Source of the DNA: Planctomycetota bacterium
GTDB taxonomy: Bacteria > Planctomycetota > PLA2 > JAEUHO01
NCBI GenBank assembly: GCA_965223505.1
Contig: CBDCWP010000021.1
Span: 320,001-384,000 of the forward strand
Reading direction: 5' to 3'
Length of the DNA: 64,000 nucleotides
The notes beneath the pieces were generated by a model that worked only from the letters and a program-made list of their open reading frames with translations, did not search any database and was not told where the DNA came from. Positions within the stretch are counted from its first letter, which is position 1. Every line of letters begins with the position of its first letter. Positions 51,013-60,205 of the stretch are shown piece by piece. The position numbers and the translations under genes are program-made.

Positions 51013-54000
51013 ATGGACGTGTCGGCCAACTTCGACTTCCTGAAGCAGGAGTTCTTCCATGCTGCGGAAAGCGCGAGCTACGCCGAACACCAGGTCTACC
51101 GCGATCCACGCGCTGCCTGTTTCCACGCCCGACACGCCCTCGAACGAGTCGTCTCCCGCGTCTTCAAGGTCGACAAGACTCTCGATCCGCCGAAGACGAC
51201 AAACCTCGACGGCTACCTGCACGACGCGTCGTTCCGTAAGCTGGTCCCCGAAGCGGTCTGGCAGAAGGCCGAGTACGTCCGCAAGGCGGGAAACCGCGCC
51301 GTCCACGGCAAGATGATGCCGTCACCGGAGGCGGCCCTGGCAGTGGTCAAGGAGCTGTTCCACGTCTTCTACTGGGCCGGGCGCACCTACCTACGAAGGG
51401 GTGCCGAGGAGCTCAAGGGGCGAAACTACGACGAGGCCCTGGTCCCGCGATCGACGCCCACATCAGACCCGGCTAGCGTGGCGGAGCTGGAGGTGCTGAA
51501 GGCCAAACTCGACACAGCGGACGCCGAACGTCAGGAGCAGGAGGCGGAGCTCAAGAAGCTGCGGGAGCGCATCGCCGCGATCAAGGCCGAGAATGAGGCC
51601 GTCCCTGACGCCCACGACTGGAACGAGGCCGAGACCCGAAAGCGCCTGATTGACCTGGAGCTCCGTCGAGCAGGCTGGACCCTCGAGGGGGAGGACGACC
51701 GCGAGTACCTCGTCACCGGCATGCCCAACATTGACGAGAAGGGCTACGCCGACTACGTCCTCTGGGGCAATGACGGCAAGCCCCTCGGCGTCGTTGAGGC
51801 GAAGAAGACGATGGTCGACCCCAAGGTCGGCCGGCAGCAGGCGAAGCTCTACGCCGACTGCCTGCAAAAGATGCACGGCCAGCGCCCGATCATCTTCTAC
51901 ACGAACGGGTACACGACCCACGTCTGGGACGATGCCTTCTATCCGCAGCGAGAGGTCGCCGGGTTCTACAAGAAGGACGAGCTCGAGACGCTGGTCCGGC
52001 GGCGCGAGCAGCGCAAGCCCCTAGACGTCGCCCAGGTGAAGGACGCGATCGTCGAGCGGTACTACCAAAAGCGGGCGATCGGGAGCATCTCGCAGCAGTT
52101 CGTCGAGGCTCGTCGAACGGCGCTCCTGGTCATGGCAACCGGGACCGGAAAGACGCGAACGGCAATCGCACTCGTGGACCTGCTCCAGCGCGCAGGATGG
52201 GTGAAACGGGCCCTGTTCCTGGCCGATCGTGTCTCGCTGGTGAACCAGGCCGTGGGGGCGTTCAAGGCGCACCTTCCCGAGTCGAGTCCCGTGAACCTCG
52301 TCACTGAGAAGGACAAGACGGGGCGGGTGTATGTCTGCACCTATCCCACGACGATGGGGCTGATCGACGAGACGAAGGGGGACGAAGCCCGGTTCGGCGT
52401 CGGTCACTTCGACCTTGTGATTATCGACGAGGCCCACCGCTCGGTGTATCAGAAGTACAGCGCGATCTTCCGGTACTTCGACTCCCTACTGGTCGGCCTC
52501 ACGGCTACCCCGCGCGAGGACATCGACCGCAACACATACGAGCTCTTCGACTTGGTCTCCGGCATGCCGACGGACGCCTACGAGCTGGAGACTGCCGTCC
52601 AGGACGGCTACCTCGTTCCGCCTCGGGTCGAACAGGTTGACCTTAAGTTCCCGCGGGAAGGCATCGAGTACGACTCCCTCTCGGACGAGGAGAAGGAGCA
52701 GTGGGAGAGCCTGGACTGGGGCGACGACGCGACTCCGGGCGGGTTCCCACCCGGCGTAAGCGCATCGTCGGTCAACAACTGGCTGTTCAACAAGGACACG
52801 GTCGACAAGGTCCTCCAGCACGTGATGGAGCGCGGGCACAAGGTCGAAGGCGGGGACCGCCTCGCCAAGACGATCATCTTCGCGAGGAACCACGAGCACG
52901 CCGCCTTCATCGAGGAGCGATTCGATCACCACTACCCCAAGCACGCCGGCCACTTCGCCCGCGTCATCGACAATCAGGCGAAGTACCCGCAGAGCCTGAT
53001 CGACGACTTCTCGCAGAAGGACAAGGCGCCACACATCGCGATCTCGGTAGACATGCTGGACACGGGCATCGACGTGCCGGAGGTCGCGAACCTAGTCTTC
53101 TTCAAGCCCGTGTACTCGAAGATCAAGTTCTGGCAGATGATCGGGCGCGGGACGCGCCTCTGTCCCGACCTGTTCGGGCCGGGGAAGGACAAACAGGACT
53201 TCCGGGTCTTCGACTTCTGCTTCAACTTCGACTTCTTCCGTGAGAACCCAGACGGGATCGAAGGCGGAGCCACCGTTCCCCTCGCTACGCGCCTCTTCCG
53301 TGCGCGTGTCGAGATGCTCTCGAAGGTGCAGGCCGACGCCAAACTCAACCCCAGTGGCAAGCTCGGGACCTCGCTCACGACGCAGCTGCGTGACGAAGTC
53401 GCCGGCATGAACCGAGAGAACTTCATCGTTCGGATGCATCGGGAGGCCGTCGAGCGCTTCCGTGGGCCGGATGCCTGGGACAAGCTCACCGACGAGGACA
53501 GGGTGGCGCTCGATCGGCTGGCCGAACTGCCGAGCGAGATCGAGACGGATGAGATCGAATCGCGCCACTTCGACCTGACGGCGCTCCGGATGCAGCTCGC
53601 GTTCGCCGAGGGGGACCACGGCACGTTCGAACGGCACCGGCAGAGGGTTATCGAGATCGCCCAGCTCCTCGAGGACAAGTCCGCGATCCCGGCCGTCAAG
53701 GCCCAGCTTCCGTACCTTGCGTCGATCCAAACAGACGGCTTCTGGGACGGGCTGAACCTCGACCTGCTCGAAGACCTCCGCCTTCGCCTTCGTGGTCTGA
53801 TGCCGTTCCTCGACAGAACGAAGCGGAAGATCGTCTACACGGACCTCCAAGACGAGGTGAAGTGCGTCCGAGAAGGGGAGATCTTCCAGGTCCCGAAGAT
53901 GACGGGCGTCCAGTACGCGAAGAAGGTCGCTGAGTACCTCGAAGGCCACCGGAACCACATCGTGATCCACCGCCTGCGGAACAACGAGCCGCTCACGGAA

Positions 54001-54381
54001 TCGGACCTCGCGGGCTTGGAGACTGCCCTCGTCGAGATCGGCGAGGAGCAGGGCGAGGAACTCTTGGCCGGGCTCTTGGCGCGGAGTGAGGCCCCGTCGC
54101 TCGCCTACTTCATCCGGGAACTGGTGGGGCTGGACCGGGCGGCTTCACAGGCTGCGTTCTCCGAGTTCCTCTCCGACCGAAGTCTGACGCCCAAGCAGAT
54201 CCGGTTCGTGGAGATGGTCATCGACCAGTTGACGTCCCGGGGCGTAATGGGCGCGGGCGCACTCTACGAGCCTCCGTTCACGAGCATCCACGACGGCGGG
54301 CCGGAGGACTTGTTTGCCGGCAAGCAGAACGTGATCGACGGGATCTTCGAGCGGCTCGACGCCATCGCTTCACAGCTGTGA
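51013..54381 (+). CDS. hsdR: Type I R-M restriction subunit (EcoAI/EcoEI-like, DUF4145-like N-terminus)
   Basis: ADYVL..VEAK nuclease motif, MATGTGKT, DEAHRS, GLTATP, DTGIDVP, QMIGRGTR. Confidence 0.95.
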   Translation: MDVSANFDFLKQEFFHAAESASYAEHQVYRDPRAACFHARHALERVVSRVFKVDKTLDPPKTTNLDGYLHDASFRKLVPEAVWQKAEYVRKAGNRAVHGKMMPSPEAALAVVKELFHVFYWAGRTYLRRGAEELKGRNYDEALVPRSTPTSDPASVAELEVLKAKLDTADAERQEQEAELKKLRERIAAIKAENEAVPDAHDWNEAETRKRLIDLELRRAGWTLEGEDDREYLVTGMPNIDEKGYADYVLWGNDGKPLGVVEAKKTMVDPKVGRQQAKLYADCLQKMHGQRPIIFYTNGYTTHVWDDAFYPQREVAGFYKKDELETLVRRREQRKPLDVAQVKDAIVERYYQKRAIGSISQQFVEARRTALLVMATGTGKTRTAIALVDLLQRAGWVKRALFLADRVSLVNQAVGAFKAHLPESSPVNLVTEKDKTGRVYVCTYPTTMGLIDETKGDEARFGVGHFDLVIIDEAHRSVYQKYSAIFRYFDSLLVGLTATPREDIDRNTYELFDLVSGMPTDAYELETAVQDGYLVPPRVEQVDLKFPREGIEYDSLSDEEKEQWESLDWGDDATPGGFPPGVSASSVNNWLFNKDTVDKVLQHVMERGHKVEGGDRLAKTIIFARNHEHAAFIEERFDHHYPKHAGHFARVIDNQAKYPQSLIDDFSQKDKAPHIAISVDMLDTGIDVPEVANLVFFKPVYSKIKFWQMIGRGTRLCPDLFGPGKDKQDFRVFDFCFNFDFFRENPDGIEGGATVPLATRLFRARVEMLSKVQADAKLNPSGKLGTSLTTQLRDEVAGMNRENFIVRMHREAVERFRGPDAWDKLTDEDRVALDRLAELPSEIETDEIESRHFDLTALRMQLAFAEGDHGTFERHRQRVIEIAQLLEDKSAIPAVKAQLPYLASIQTDGFWDGLNLDLLEDLRLRLRGLMPFLDRTKRKIVYTDLQDEVKCVREGEIFQVPKMTGVQYAKKVAEYLEGHRNHIVIHRLRNNEPLTESDLAGLETALVEIGEEQGEELLAGLLARSEAPSLAYFIRELVGLDRAASQAAFSEFLSDRSLTPKQIRFVEMVIDQLTSRGVMGAGALYEPPFTSIHDGGPEDLFAGKQNVIDGIFERLDAIASQL

Positions 54382-54436
54382 TCGGGGGCTGGGTAGGGTG
54401 GCGACCCGAGGTAACTCCGCTGCATCCGGCCTTCTT

Positions 54437-54721
54437 CTACGAATCCCTTAGCGTCACCGGCGTGGTGTCGCGACAGAGAAGATCCATGTGAAGCCCGGAT
54501 ACGATTTCGTGTGCCAGGCGGAGCGCGTCCTCAGCACTCGGCTGTCGAGGAACGGTGGGTAGGTCTTCAGGCTCATCGACCATGGGGCCGGAGCGCTTGC
54601 CGAATCTGTGAATCGAAACCCCCCACGCGGACTGCACTGGGGACGTGACGAGGAGGTACCTGAACCTCGGCTCCCGAGGTTCCTCACGGCTATAGAAACA
54701 GACGACCTGATGAGTGTGCAC
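54437..54721 (-). CDS. Small hypothetical protein (94 aa)
   Basis: GTG start with GGAG RBS; lies between the two hsdR tail copies. Confidence 0.45.
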   Translation of the reverse strand: MHTHQVVCFYSREEPREPRFRYLLVTSPVQSAWGVSIHRFGKRSGPMVDEPEDLPTVPRQPSAEDALRLAHEIVSGLHMDLLCRDTTPVTLRDS

Positions 54722-55027
54722 GTCTACTCCGGCCTCCCGTCACGGCGTTGACGAACGGATCATCGCAAACGAGCAGCATCAGATGCCCACCGCGGAAGGC
54801 CTCGGGCTTGTCCAGCAGGCTTCGAGCGACGAGCTTCTCCGGGGCGAAGTCTGTCTCAAGGGCCTGCAGGCGATCGAAGATCCCCTCGATGACCTGTTCC
54901 TTGCCGCCGAACAGCTCGTCCGGGCCGCCAGCGTGCAGGCTCGTGAACGGTGCCTCGTAGAGCGCCGAGGCTTCCATGATCCCCCTCGCGGTGAGCTGGT
55001 CGATCACCATCTCCACGAACCGGATCT
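54690..55027 (-). pseudogene. Inverted second copy of the hsdR 3' end (alternative C-terminal domain, no start of its own)
   Basis: IRFVEMVIDQLTARGIMEASALYEAPFTSLHAGGPDELFGGKEQVIEGIFDRL vs the HsdR tail IRFVEMVIDQLTSRGVMGAGALYEPPFTSIHDGGPEDLFAGKQNVIDGIFERL. Confidence 0.85.
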
Positions 55028-55352
55028 CGCCGAGGAGTGGCAGCCCCGCGGGGGGATGGAGCGGCTCCTCATTGACAAGCTGGCCCAGGCAAGCACCGAG
55101 GAGATGCGCTGGTTGGAGCAGGCGGTTTCCCGGCGGGCCGTGCAGTACTCGGAGTCGGGCCGCAAGCACCGTGAGACCGGCCGCCGCAGCACCCCCCGCG
55201 TGGACTTCGCCGCCGCGACGGACCAGGCGATGGCGATGGCCGATCGCTGGAACCGGATCTTCTGTCGCACCCTTCGGGCGCTGCGGGACCTGCGCCGGTT
55301 CTCCGTGACGGTCAACATCCAGGGGCCGGGTCAGGTCAACGTGGGGCGATGA
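55028..55352 (+). pseudogene. 5'-truncated hypothetical gene of mobile-element type
   Basis: Protein-like reading EEWQPRGGMERLLIDKLAQ...ADRWNRIFCRTLRALRDLRR..VNIQGPGQVNVG starts abruptly at the hsdR-fragment junction. Confidence 0.5.
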
Positions 55353-55376
55353 CGTGGCCAGTACCTTTGGTTTCAA

Positions 55377-55540
55377 GGCCCATCCTCAAATAGTGAGGGC
55401 GGTGATTTAGGCAGCTAGGCTTTCTCGCCCGTAATTTTAGGATGAGGCCAAAAAACTAAACCCCGGATGTTCCAAGGCTAGGAAGCTAGCATTATCCGCA
55501 AATAAGTATAGGATATTCGCCGAATCCTAAAATAAGGAGG
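55377..55540 (+). promoter_or_regulatory. AT-rich regulatory region with repeated ATCCTxAAATA-like boxes upstream of fic-int
   Basis: ATCCTCAAATA 55382, inverted ATCCTAAAA 55435-55443, ATCCGCAAATAAG 55494, ATCCTAAAATAAG 55524; AGGAGG RBS. Confidence 0.55.
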
Positions 55541-55544
55541 GCAG

Positions 55545-56765
55545 ATGCGCAGCGAGGACTTCGGCTCCCGGAGCCCGGGCCAGCTCGTCCCCACAGAGGG
55601 CGGCGTTGACGCCTACGTGCCGAATCCCCTTCCGCCGCACGAGGGGGCATGGTCCAGCGTCGCCACCATGAGGGCGCTGGCCAAGGCCGAGAACGCCCTG
55701 GGACAGCTCGTGGGGACGGCCCGGCACGACCTACTGAACCCGCATCTCGTCGCGGCCCCGCTGATCCGGCGTGAGGCGATCATCTCGAGTCGCATCGAAG
55801 GCACCTACACGACCCCCAGGCAGTTGGCGCTGATCGAAGCCGAGCCCGAGAAGGAAGGCGGCAAGGGGCGGCGCATCGCCGCCGAGGACGAGGCGCGAGA
55901 GGTACTCAACTACGTTCGAGCAGTCGAGTACGGCTTCACGCGGCTGGATACGCTCCCCATGTCCAAGCGCCTCATGCGGGAGTTGCACGAGATCCTGATG
56001 AAGGGGGTGCGCGGTGGGCGCGAGCGGCCTGGCCAGTTCCGCGACCGACAGAATTACATCGCCAAGGAAGGCGACACGATTCAGAAGGCCCGTTTCGTGC
56101 CTCCCCCCGTGGCGGAGATGGAGCAGGGGCTGGACGACCTGGAAAGGTACATGCATCGGCCGCAGACGGACGAGTCGCTGCCGTTGCTGATCGACCTCGC
56201 GCTCGTGCACTACCAGTTCGAGACCCTTCACCCCTTCCGGGACGGTAACGGTCGCATCGGCCGCCTGATGGTCCCTCTCATCCTCAGTCAACACGGGAGG
56301 CTCGCCACGCCCCTCCTGTTCGTCAGTGGCTACTTGGAGCAGCACAAGCGGCGCTACATGGACCTGCTGCTCAAGGTGAGCATGGAGGGGGCGTGGCTTG
56401 AGTGGATCGAGTTCTTCCTAGATGCCGTAAGGGCCTCGGCGGTCGACGGTGCGAATCGTGCCAAACGGCTGCTGGCCTTGCGCCAGGAGTACGTGAACAA
56501 GGTCCAGTCTGCGAGGTCGTCCGCGCTACTGGTCAAGCTCATCGACGAGCTGTTTCACCGTCCCTCCATCACGTTCGGAGAGGCTGCCGAGTTGCTCGGC
56601 GTGACGCCTGCGGCCGCGAACGCGAACGTGCGGAAGCTGCAAGAGGCCGGGGTGCTCACGGAGATCACCGGCCAAGCCAGGAACATGATCTTCGCCGCGC
56701 AGGGCATCTTCGAGCTTGTGCATGACTCGGGGGATGACGGTACGGCCGAGAGCAGTCAGGAGTAG
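55545..56765 (+). CDS. Fic family protein (class II, N-terminal inhibitory motif, C-terminal HTH)
   Basis: HPFRDGNGRIGR Fic motif; SSRIEG inhibitory motif; HYQFETLHPF. Confidence 0.93.
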   Translation: MRSEDFGSRSPGQLVPTEGGVDAYVPNPLPPHEGAWSSVATMRALAKAENALGQLVGTARHDLLNPHLVAAPLIRREAIISSRIEGTYTTPRQLALIEAEPEKEGGKGRRIAAEDEAREVLNYVRAVEYGFTRLDTLPMSKRLMRELHEILMKGVRGGRERPGQFRDRQNYIAKEGDTIQKARFVPPPVAEMEQGLDDLERYMHRPQTDESLPLLIDLALVHYQFETLHPFRDGNGRIGRLMVPLILSQHGRLATPLLFVSGYLEQHKRRYMDLLLKVSMEGAWLEWIEFFLDAVRASAVDGANRAKRLLALRQEYVNKVQSARSSALLVKLIDELFHRPSITFGEAAELLGVTPAAANANVRKLQEAGVLTEITGQARNMIFAAQGIFELVHDSGDDGTAESSQE

Positions 56766-56768
56766 GCC

Positions 56769-57980
56769 ATGAAGCGTCGCCCGTTCGGTTCCATCATCCA
56801 GCGCCCGCCTAGGCCTGGCTACTACGTGACCTTCGTGTGGGGCGGTCGCCGCATCAAGCGGTCGGCGGGTCCGACCAAGGCCGCCGCCAGGAAGAAGCTC
56901 GCCGCAGCCGAGGCGCTGCTCAAGGGCGGCGTGGACCTCAACGAGGTGCTGGCCGAGGTGTTCGGTGACTTCCACGGCACGCGACTCACGTTCCGCGAAG
57001 CCGCGCCTCTTTACTTGGAGTACGCGCAGGGTCGCAAGAAGGAGTCCACGTTGCGCGGCGACGTGCCGCGCCTGCGCGTCCTCTGTCGTTCCCAGTGGTC
57101 AGGCAAGTACCTCGCGCAGATCGAACCCCGCGACTTCCTCCCGTGGATCGACGAGCGGCAGAAGTCGCGGGAGGTCGTCAAGGAGAAGCGCGTCCGTGGT
57201 GACGACGGGAAGATGCGCACCGAGAAGGTCAAGAAGGTGGTGCCGGGCGCGTCGGGCGCGACCGTCAACCGGGATCTGACCCTCGCCTCCGCCGTGTTCC
57301 AGTGGGCGATCCGCGCCGGGTATGTAGACGAGAACCCCGTGCGCAAGGTTGAGCGGTTCTCCGAGAAGGGGCGCAAGCGCGAGACGTACCTCGACGCCAA
57401 GGAGTGCCATGCCCTCATCGACGAGTGCTCGCCCGTGCTGCGGCCCGTCGTCCTGGCGGCGCTGCACACCGGGATGCGACGCGGTGAGATCCTGTCGCTC
57501 GCGTGGCGGACCGTGGACCTCAATCGCGACGAGATCCACATCGAGGCCGTCAACGAGAAGGCTGGCCGCGGTCGCGTCATCCCCCTGACCGACGACCTTC
57601 TGGCCACCCTCAAGGCGCTGAAGGCGTCCAGGCCCCGCCCTGCGCTGGACGGCAGCGACTCCGTATTCACGGACAAGGCGGGCAAGAAGATCACGCCCTC
57701 GTGCCTGCGGCGCATGTTCGAGCCCACCGTGGCTCGCTGTGAGGGGCTGCCGGTGCCGAAGCGAGAGGCCCTGCGCTTCCACGACCTCCGCCACACTGCG
57801 GCATCGCTGATGGTCAGCGGAGGCGTGCCGATCTTCGACGTGGCCAAGATCCTCGGGCACTCCACGGTGTCCGTGACCATGCGCTACGCGCATTTCGCGC
57901 CCGAAGCAGGGCGGGCGGCCATCGAGCGACTTTCATCTGCCCTTGCGCGGAGCGGTGGCCAAGAAGCCCGGACCGGATAG
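56769..57980 (+). CDS. Tyrosine recombinase/integrase
   Basis: TGMRRGE (R), EKAG (K), FHDLRHT (HxxR), ILGHS (H), TMRYAH (Y); N-terminal arm-binding-like domain. Confidence 0.95.
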   Translation: MKRRPFGSIIQRPPRPGYYVTFVWGGRRIKRSAGPTKAAARKKLAAAEALLKGGVDLNEVLAEVFGDFHGTRLTFREAAPLYLEYAQGRKKESTLRGDVPRLRVLCRSQWSGKYLAQIEPRDFLPWIDERQKSREVVKEKRVRGDDGKMRTEKVKKVVPGASGATVNRDLTLASAVFQWAIRAGYVDENPVRKVERFSEKGRKRETYLDAKECHALIDECSPVLRPVVLAALHTGMRRGEILSLAWRTVDLNRDEIHIEAVNEKAGRGRVIPLTDDLLATLKALKASRPRPALDGSDSVFTDKAGKKITPSCLRRMFEPTVARCEGLPVPKREALRFHDLRHTAASLMVSGGVPIFDVAKILGHSTVSVTMRYAHFAPEAGRAAIERLSSALARSGGQEARTG

Positions 57981-58044
57981 GCCGCGGGCCTCCCGGACTT
58001 GGAGGCGATGAGCGTGCTTGCAATGAGGCGTTCGGATAACTGCC

Positions 58045-58431
58045 CTATAGCTGCCAGAGTGCTGCTTCAAGAGCGGCGGCTACATCCGGGGCCGCGGCTC
58101 CGCGTTTGGCGAGCCGCCGTCGAAGGCCGCCTGCGACGAGGCCGCGGGGAATAGGCATCACGGCCGTCGCCAGGAAGAAGCCGACCCACAGGCCCACGGC
58201 CCAGCGCCAATCCCACGTAATCCAGATGTAGACGAGCAGACCCCAGCGGGCCAGTCTCGACAGCCATAGCAGGGGAAACCACGAGGGGAGTAGCAGTTGG
58301 GCAGCCGCCTCCTCTGGGACGCCGGTCGTTCGCACTAGTTCCAACGCCACGCGTTGGATGCAAAACCCAACAGCCTCAAATGCGGCCAGTCCGGCGTAGC
58401 AAGCCAGCAAGAGGTATTGATGCTCAGTCAT
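58045..58431 (-). CDS. Small membrane hypothetical protein
   Basis: GGGGAGGAG RBS; three hydrophobic Trp-rich segments. Confidence 0.65.
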   Translation of the reverse strand: MTEHQYLLLACYAGLAAFEAVGFCIQRVALELVRTTGVPEEAAAQLLLPSWFPLLWLSRLARWGLLVYIWITWDWRWAVGLWVGFFLATAVMPIPRGLVAGGLRRRLAKRGAAAPDVAAALEAALWQL

Positions 58432-58632
58432 GTACTGCTCGCTCCTCCCCGGAGAAGGCTACAGCGAGTCACTCGCTGGTGCTTCGGGGGGGGCACGTTG
58501 GACCGAGGCTTGAGTCCACCAGGGCGAACCAGAAGCGTCTGGTTGTGCGCGCTCGCACCCCCTGGGAAACCCCCTGGCGAAGTGCGATGTGTGTAACTCG
58601 CGCACCGTGAAGGCCTTGTGCAAGTCGGGCGT

Positions 58633-58694
58633 CGGTTTTGAAAACCGGCGTAGGGTCACACCTACCGGGGGTTCGAATCCCTCTCCCTCCGCCA
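58633..58694 (+). repeat. Displaced 3' portion of tRNA-Ser(TGA) (distal att site)
   Basis: Anticodon loop, variable arm, T arm and TCCCTCCGCCA are present; the 5' acceptor strand and D arm are absent. Confidence 0.9.
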
Positions 58695-58928
58695 CATTCA
58701 CGCGGCTGCCGCAATCCGGCGTTGGAGTCGCGCTCGGGGTTCTTCCCTACCCACCAGCGATGCCGCGAACGGGCGCGCTCGAGCGAACCGACCGTGTGCG
58801 CCCCCGGTGGCGAGTACTCGTCGCCACTTGCTCGAATGTTCTGGTTCGCACCACCGCTGACGACTTGTCCAAACTGCTGGGCCGGTACACCGGGTCGGAC
58901 GAGGCAGCTGCTCCTGCCGACTGCCGAG

Positions 58929-60152
58929 TCAATTCTCCTCGAAGCAATACCAGATGATTCTACGAGAGAAGGGGTCCCGCTGCACCAGGAGGAGGTTGGT
59001 GTGCTCCGGAGCGCGGCTACTCTCCTTGCTGTCACTGCAGTACCAGTCGAAGCGGGGGGAGGCAATACGCGCCCACCTCCTTTGGCCCTTTCGAACCCCC
59101 ATTCCGGCGACCCACAGCACCGGCTTGCTGCAGCGATCTACTTTCTTGCCCAGGTACGTATGTCGTTTCTGACGCTCGCCCTTCGGATTGCGGCTTCTGA
59201 TGCCGATTTCCGCGCTGTAGACGGCACTGCCGGCACCGGCCATTCGCAGCGCGACGAGCTGCGACCCCTTGTACGGAATGGTGTGATGGTGGAACGCACG
59301 GCGCGTAGCGAGAATCGTAGTGGCGTCCTTGGGGTCGGGGAACCCGATGTTGGCCAGCGGAATCACCACCACGTGGATGAGCCCGGATGTATTCGTCGCG
59401 GACACCACGAAGCCGCCGATTACTTCGCCACGTGTGCGTTCCCAGTCGAGGAACGCCTTCTCTGGATCCATGAGCGTCATTGCTCGTCCGTGCGTAGCTT
59501 GGATCGGCTTGCGTTTCGGCAGACCAGAGCGCGCCGCGACAAGGGCGCGCCGGAACGCTTGCGTCGGCATCGCGCGTTTCTTCCCGTCCTGCTCCATGAT
59601 TGCAACGACGACGTGGACCGCACCTCCTGGATGGAGAATGTCTGAATGGAGCAGGGGAAAGCGCAGGGGGACCCGGTCGCGGTTGGTCCACGAACCGAGA
59701 CTGCGCGCAACGTGCCCCTGCGAGAACTCGTAGTAGTCGGCCCACCTAGGATCTCTGGCATCGAACCCCGGACGCGTGAGCGTGCCACCAAGCGACACCC
59801 GGATGCGGCGTGGCAGGCGGGCGCTTTCCGTGGAGTGGTTCCCCTCGATGGGGCCGGTTGACTTCTTGTACAGGACGAAGACCTCGTCGCGGCCGGCGCC
59901 ACCGCCACCGTCGGTTCCCGTGGCCCACAGGCCGCCCGTCTCGGGCCTCTCGGGAGTCAGTCGGTGGCACTTGAGTTCGTGGATGTAGATGTCCACGATG
60001 GCCCTACCGGGCTTGTGCGGGGGTTTCACGGTGCCGGGCCGCCTCGGAACCACCTTGCCCGGCGGCGAGTCCTCATCGGCCCCGGTAGAAGATCCTTGGC
60101 CCAGGGTGGCCAGCAGTACGGTGATGATCAGGATCTTGGAACGGGAATCCAT
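58929..60152 (-). CDS. Secreted hypothetical protein with Cys-containing C-terminal domain
   Basis: Signal-like MDSRSKILIITVLLATLG; long uninterrupted ORF; no family recognised. Confidence 0.6.
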   Translation of the reverse strand: MDSRSKILIITVLLATLGQGSSTGADEDSPPGKVVPRRPGTVKPPHKPGRAIVDIYIHELKCHRLTPERPETGGLWATGTDGGGGAGRDEVFVLYKKSTGPIEGNHSTESARLPRRIRVSLGGTLTRPGFDARDPRWADYYEFSQGHVARSLGSWTNRDRVPLRFPLLHSDILHPGGAVHVVVAIMEQDGKKRAMPTQAFRRALVAARSGLPKRKPIQATHGRAMTLMDPEKAFLDWERTRGEVIGGFVVSATNTSGLIHVVVIPLANIGFPDPKDATTILATRRAFHHHTIPYKGSQLVALRMAGAGSAVYSAEIGIRSRNPKGERQKRHTYLGKKVDRCSKPVLWVAGMGVRKGQRRWARIASPRFDWYCSDSKESSRAPEHTNLLLVQRDPFSRRIIWYCFEEN

Positions 60153-60205
60153 GGCGGTTCCTCTGGACAAGCACGTGGATCTTGACACGGCGAGTGCTAC
60201 TGCAC

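Larger units (their letters stand above)
44966..58694. mobile_element. tRNA-Ser-integrated genomic (defence) island, ~13.7 kb
   Basis: Bounded by the 20-bp direct repeat CGGTTTTGAAAACCGGCGTA (44966-44985 and 58633-58652) plus a displaced tRNA 3' half; contains a tyrosine integrase and defence genes. Confidence 0.9.

Noticed and set aside
54690..55376. 228-aa minus-strand ORF as a genuine gene
   Set aside because: Chimeric: its 5' part is the antisense of the truncated plus-strand gene, and only 55027-54690 is hsdR-like
45028..58632. Prophage or ICE
   Set aside because: No structural, terminase, relaxase or T4SS genes recognised
58605..58694. A second complete tRNA-Ser gene
   Set aside because: The upstream sequence cannot form the acceptor 5' strand or D arm; it is only a 3' fragment
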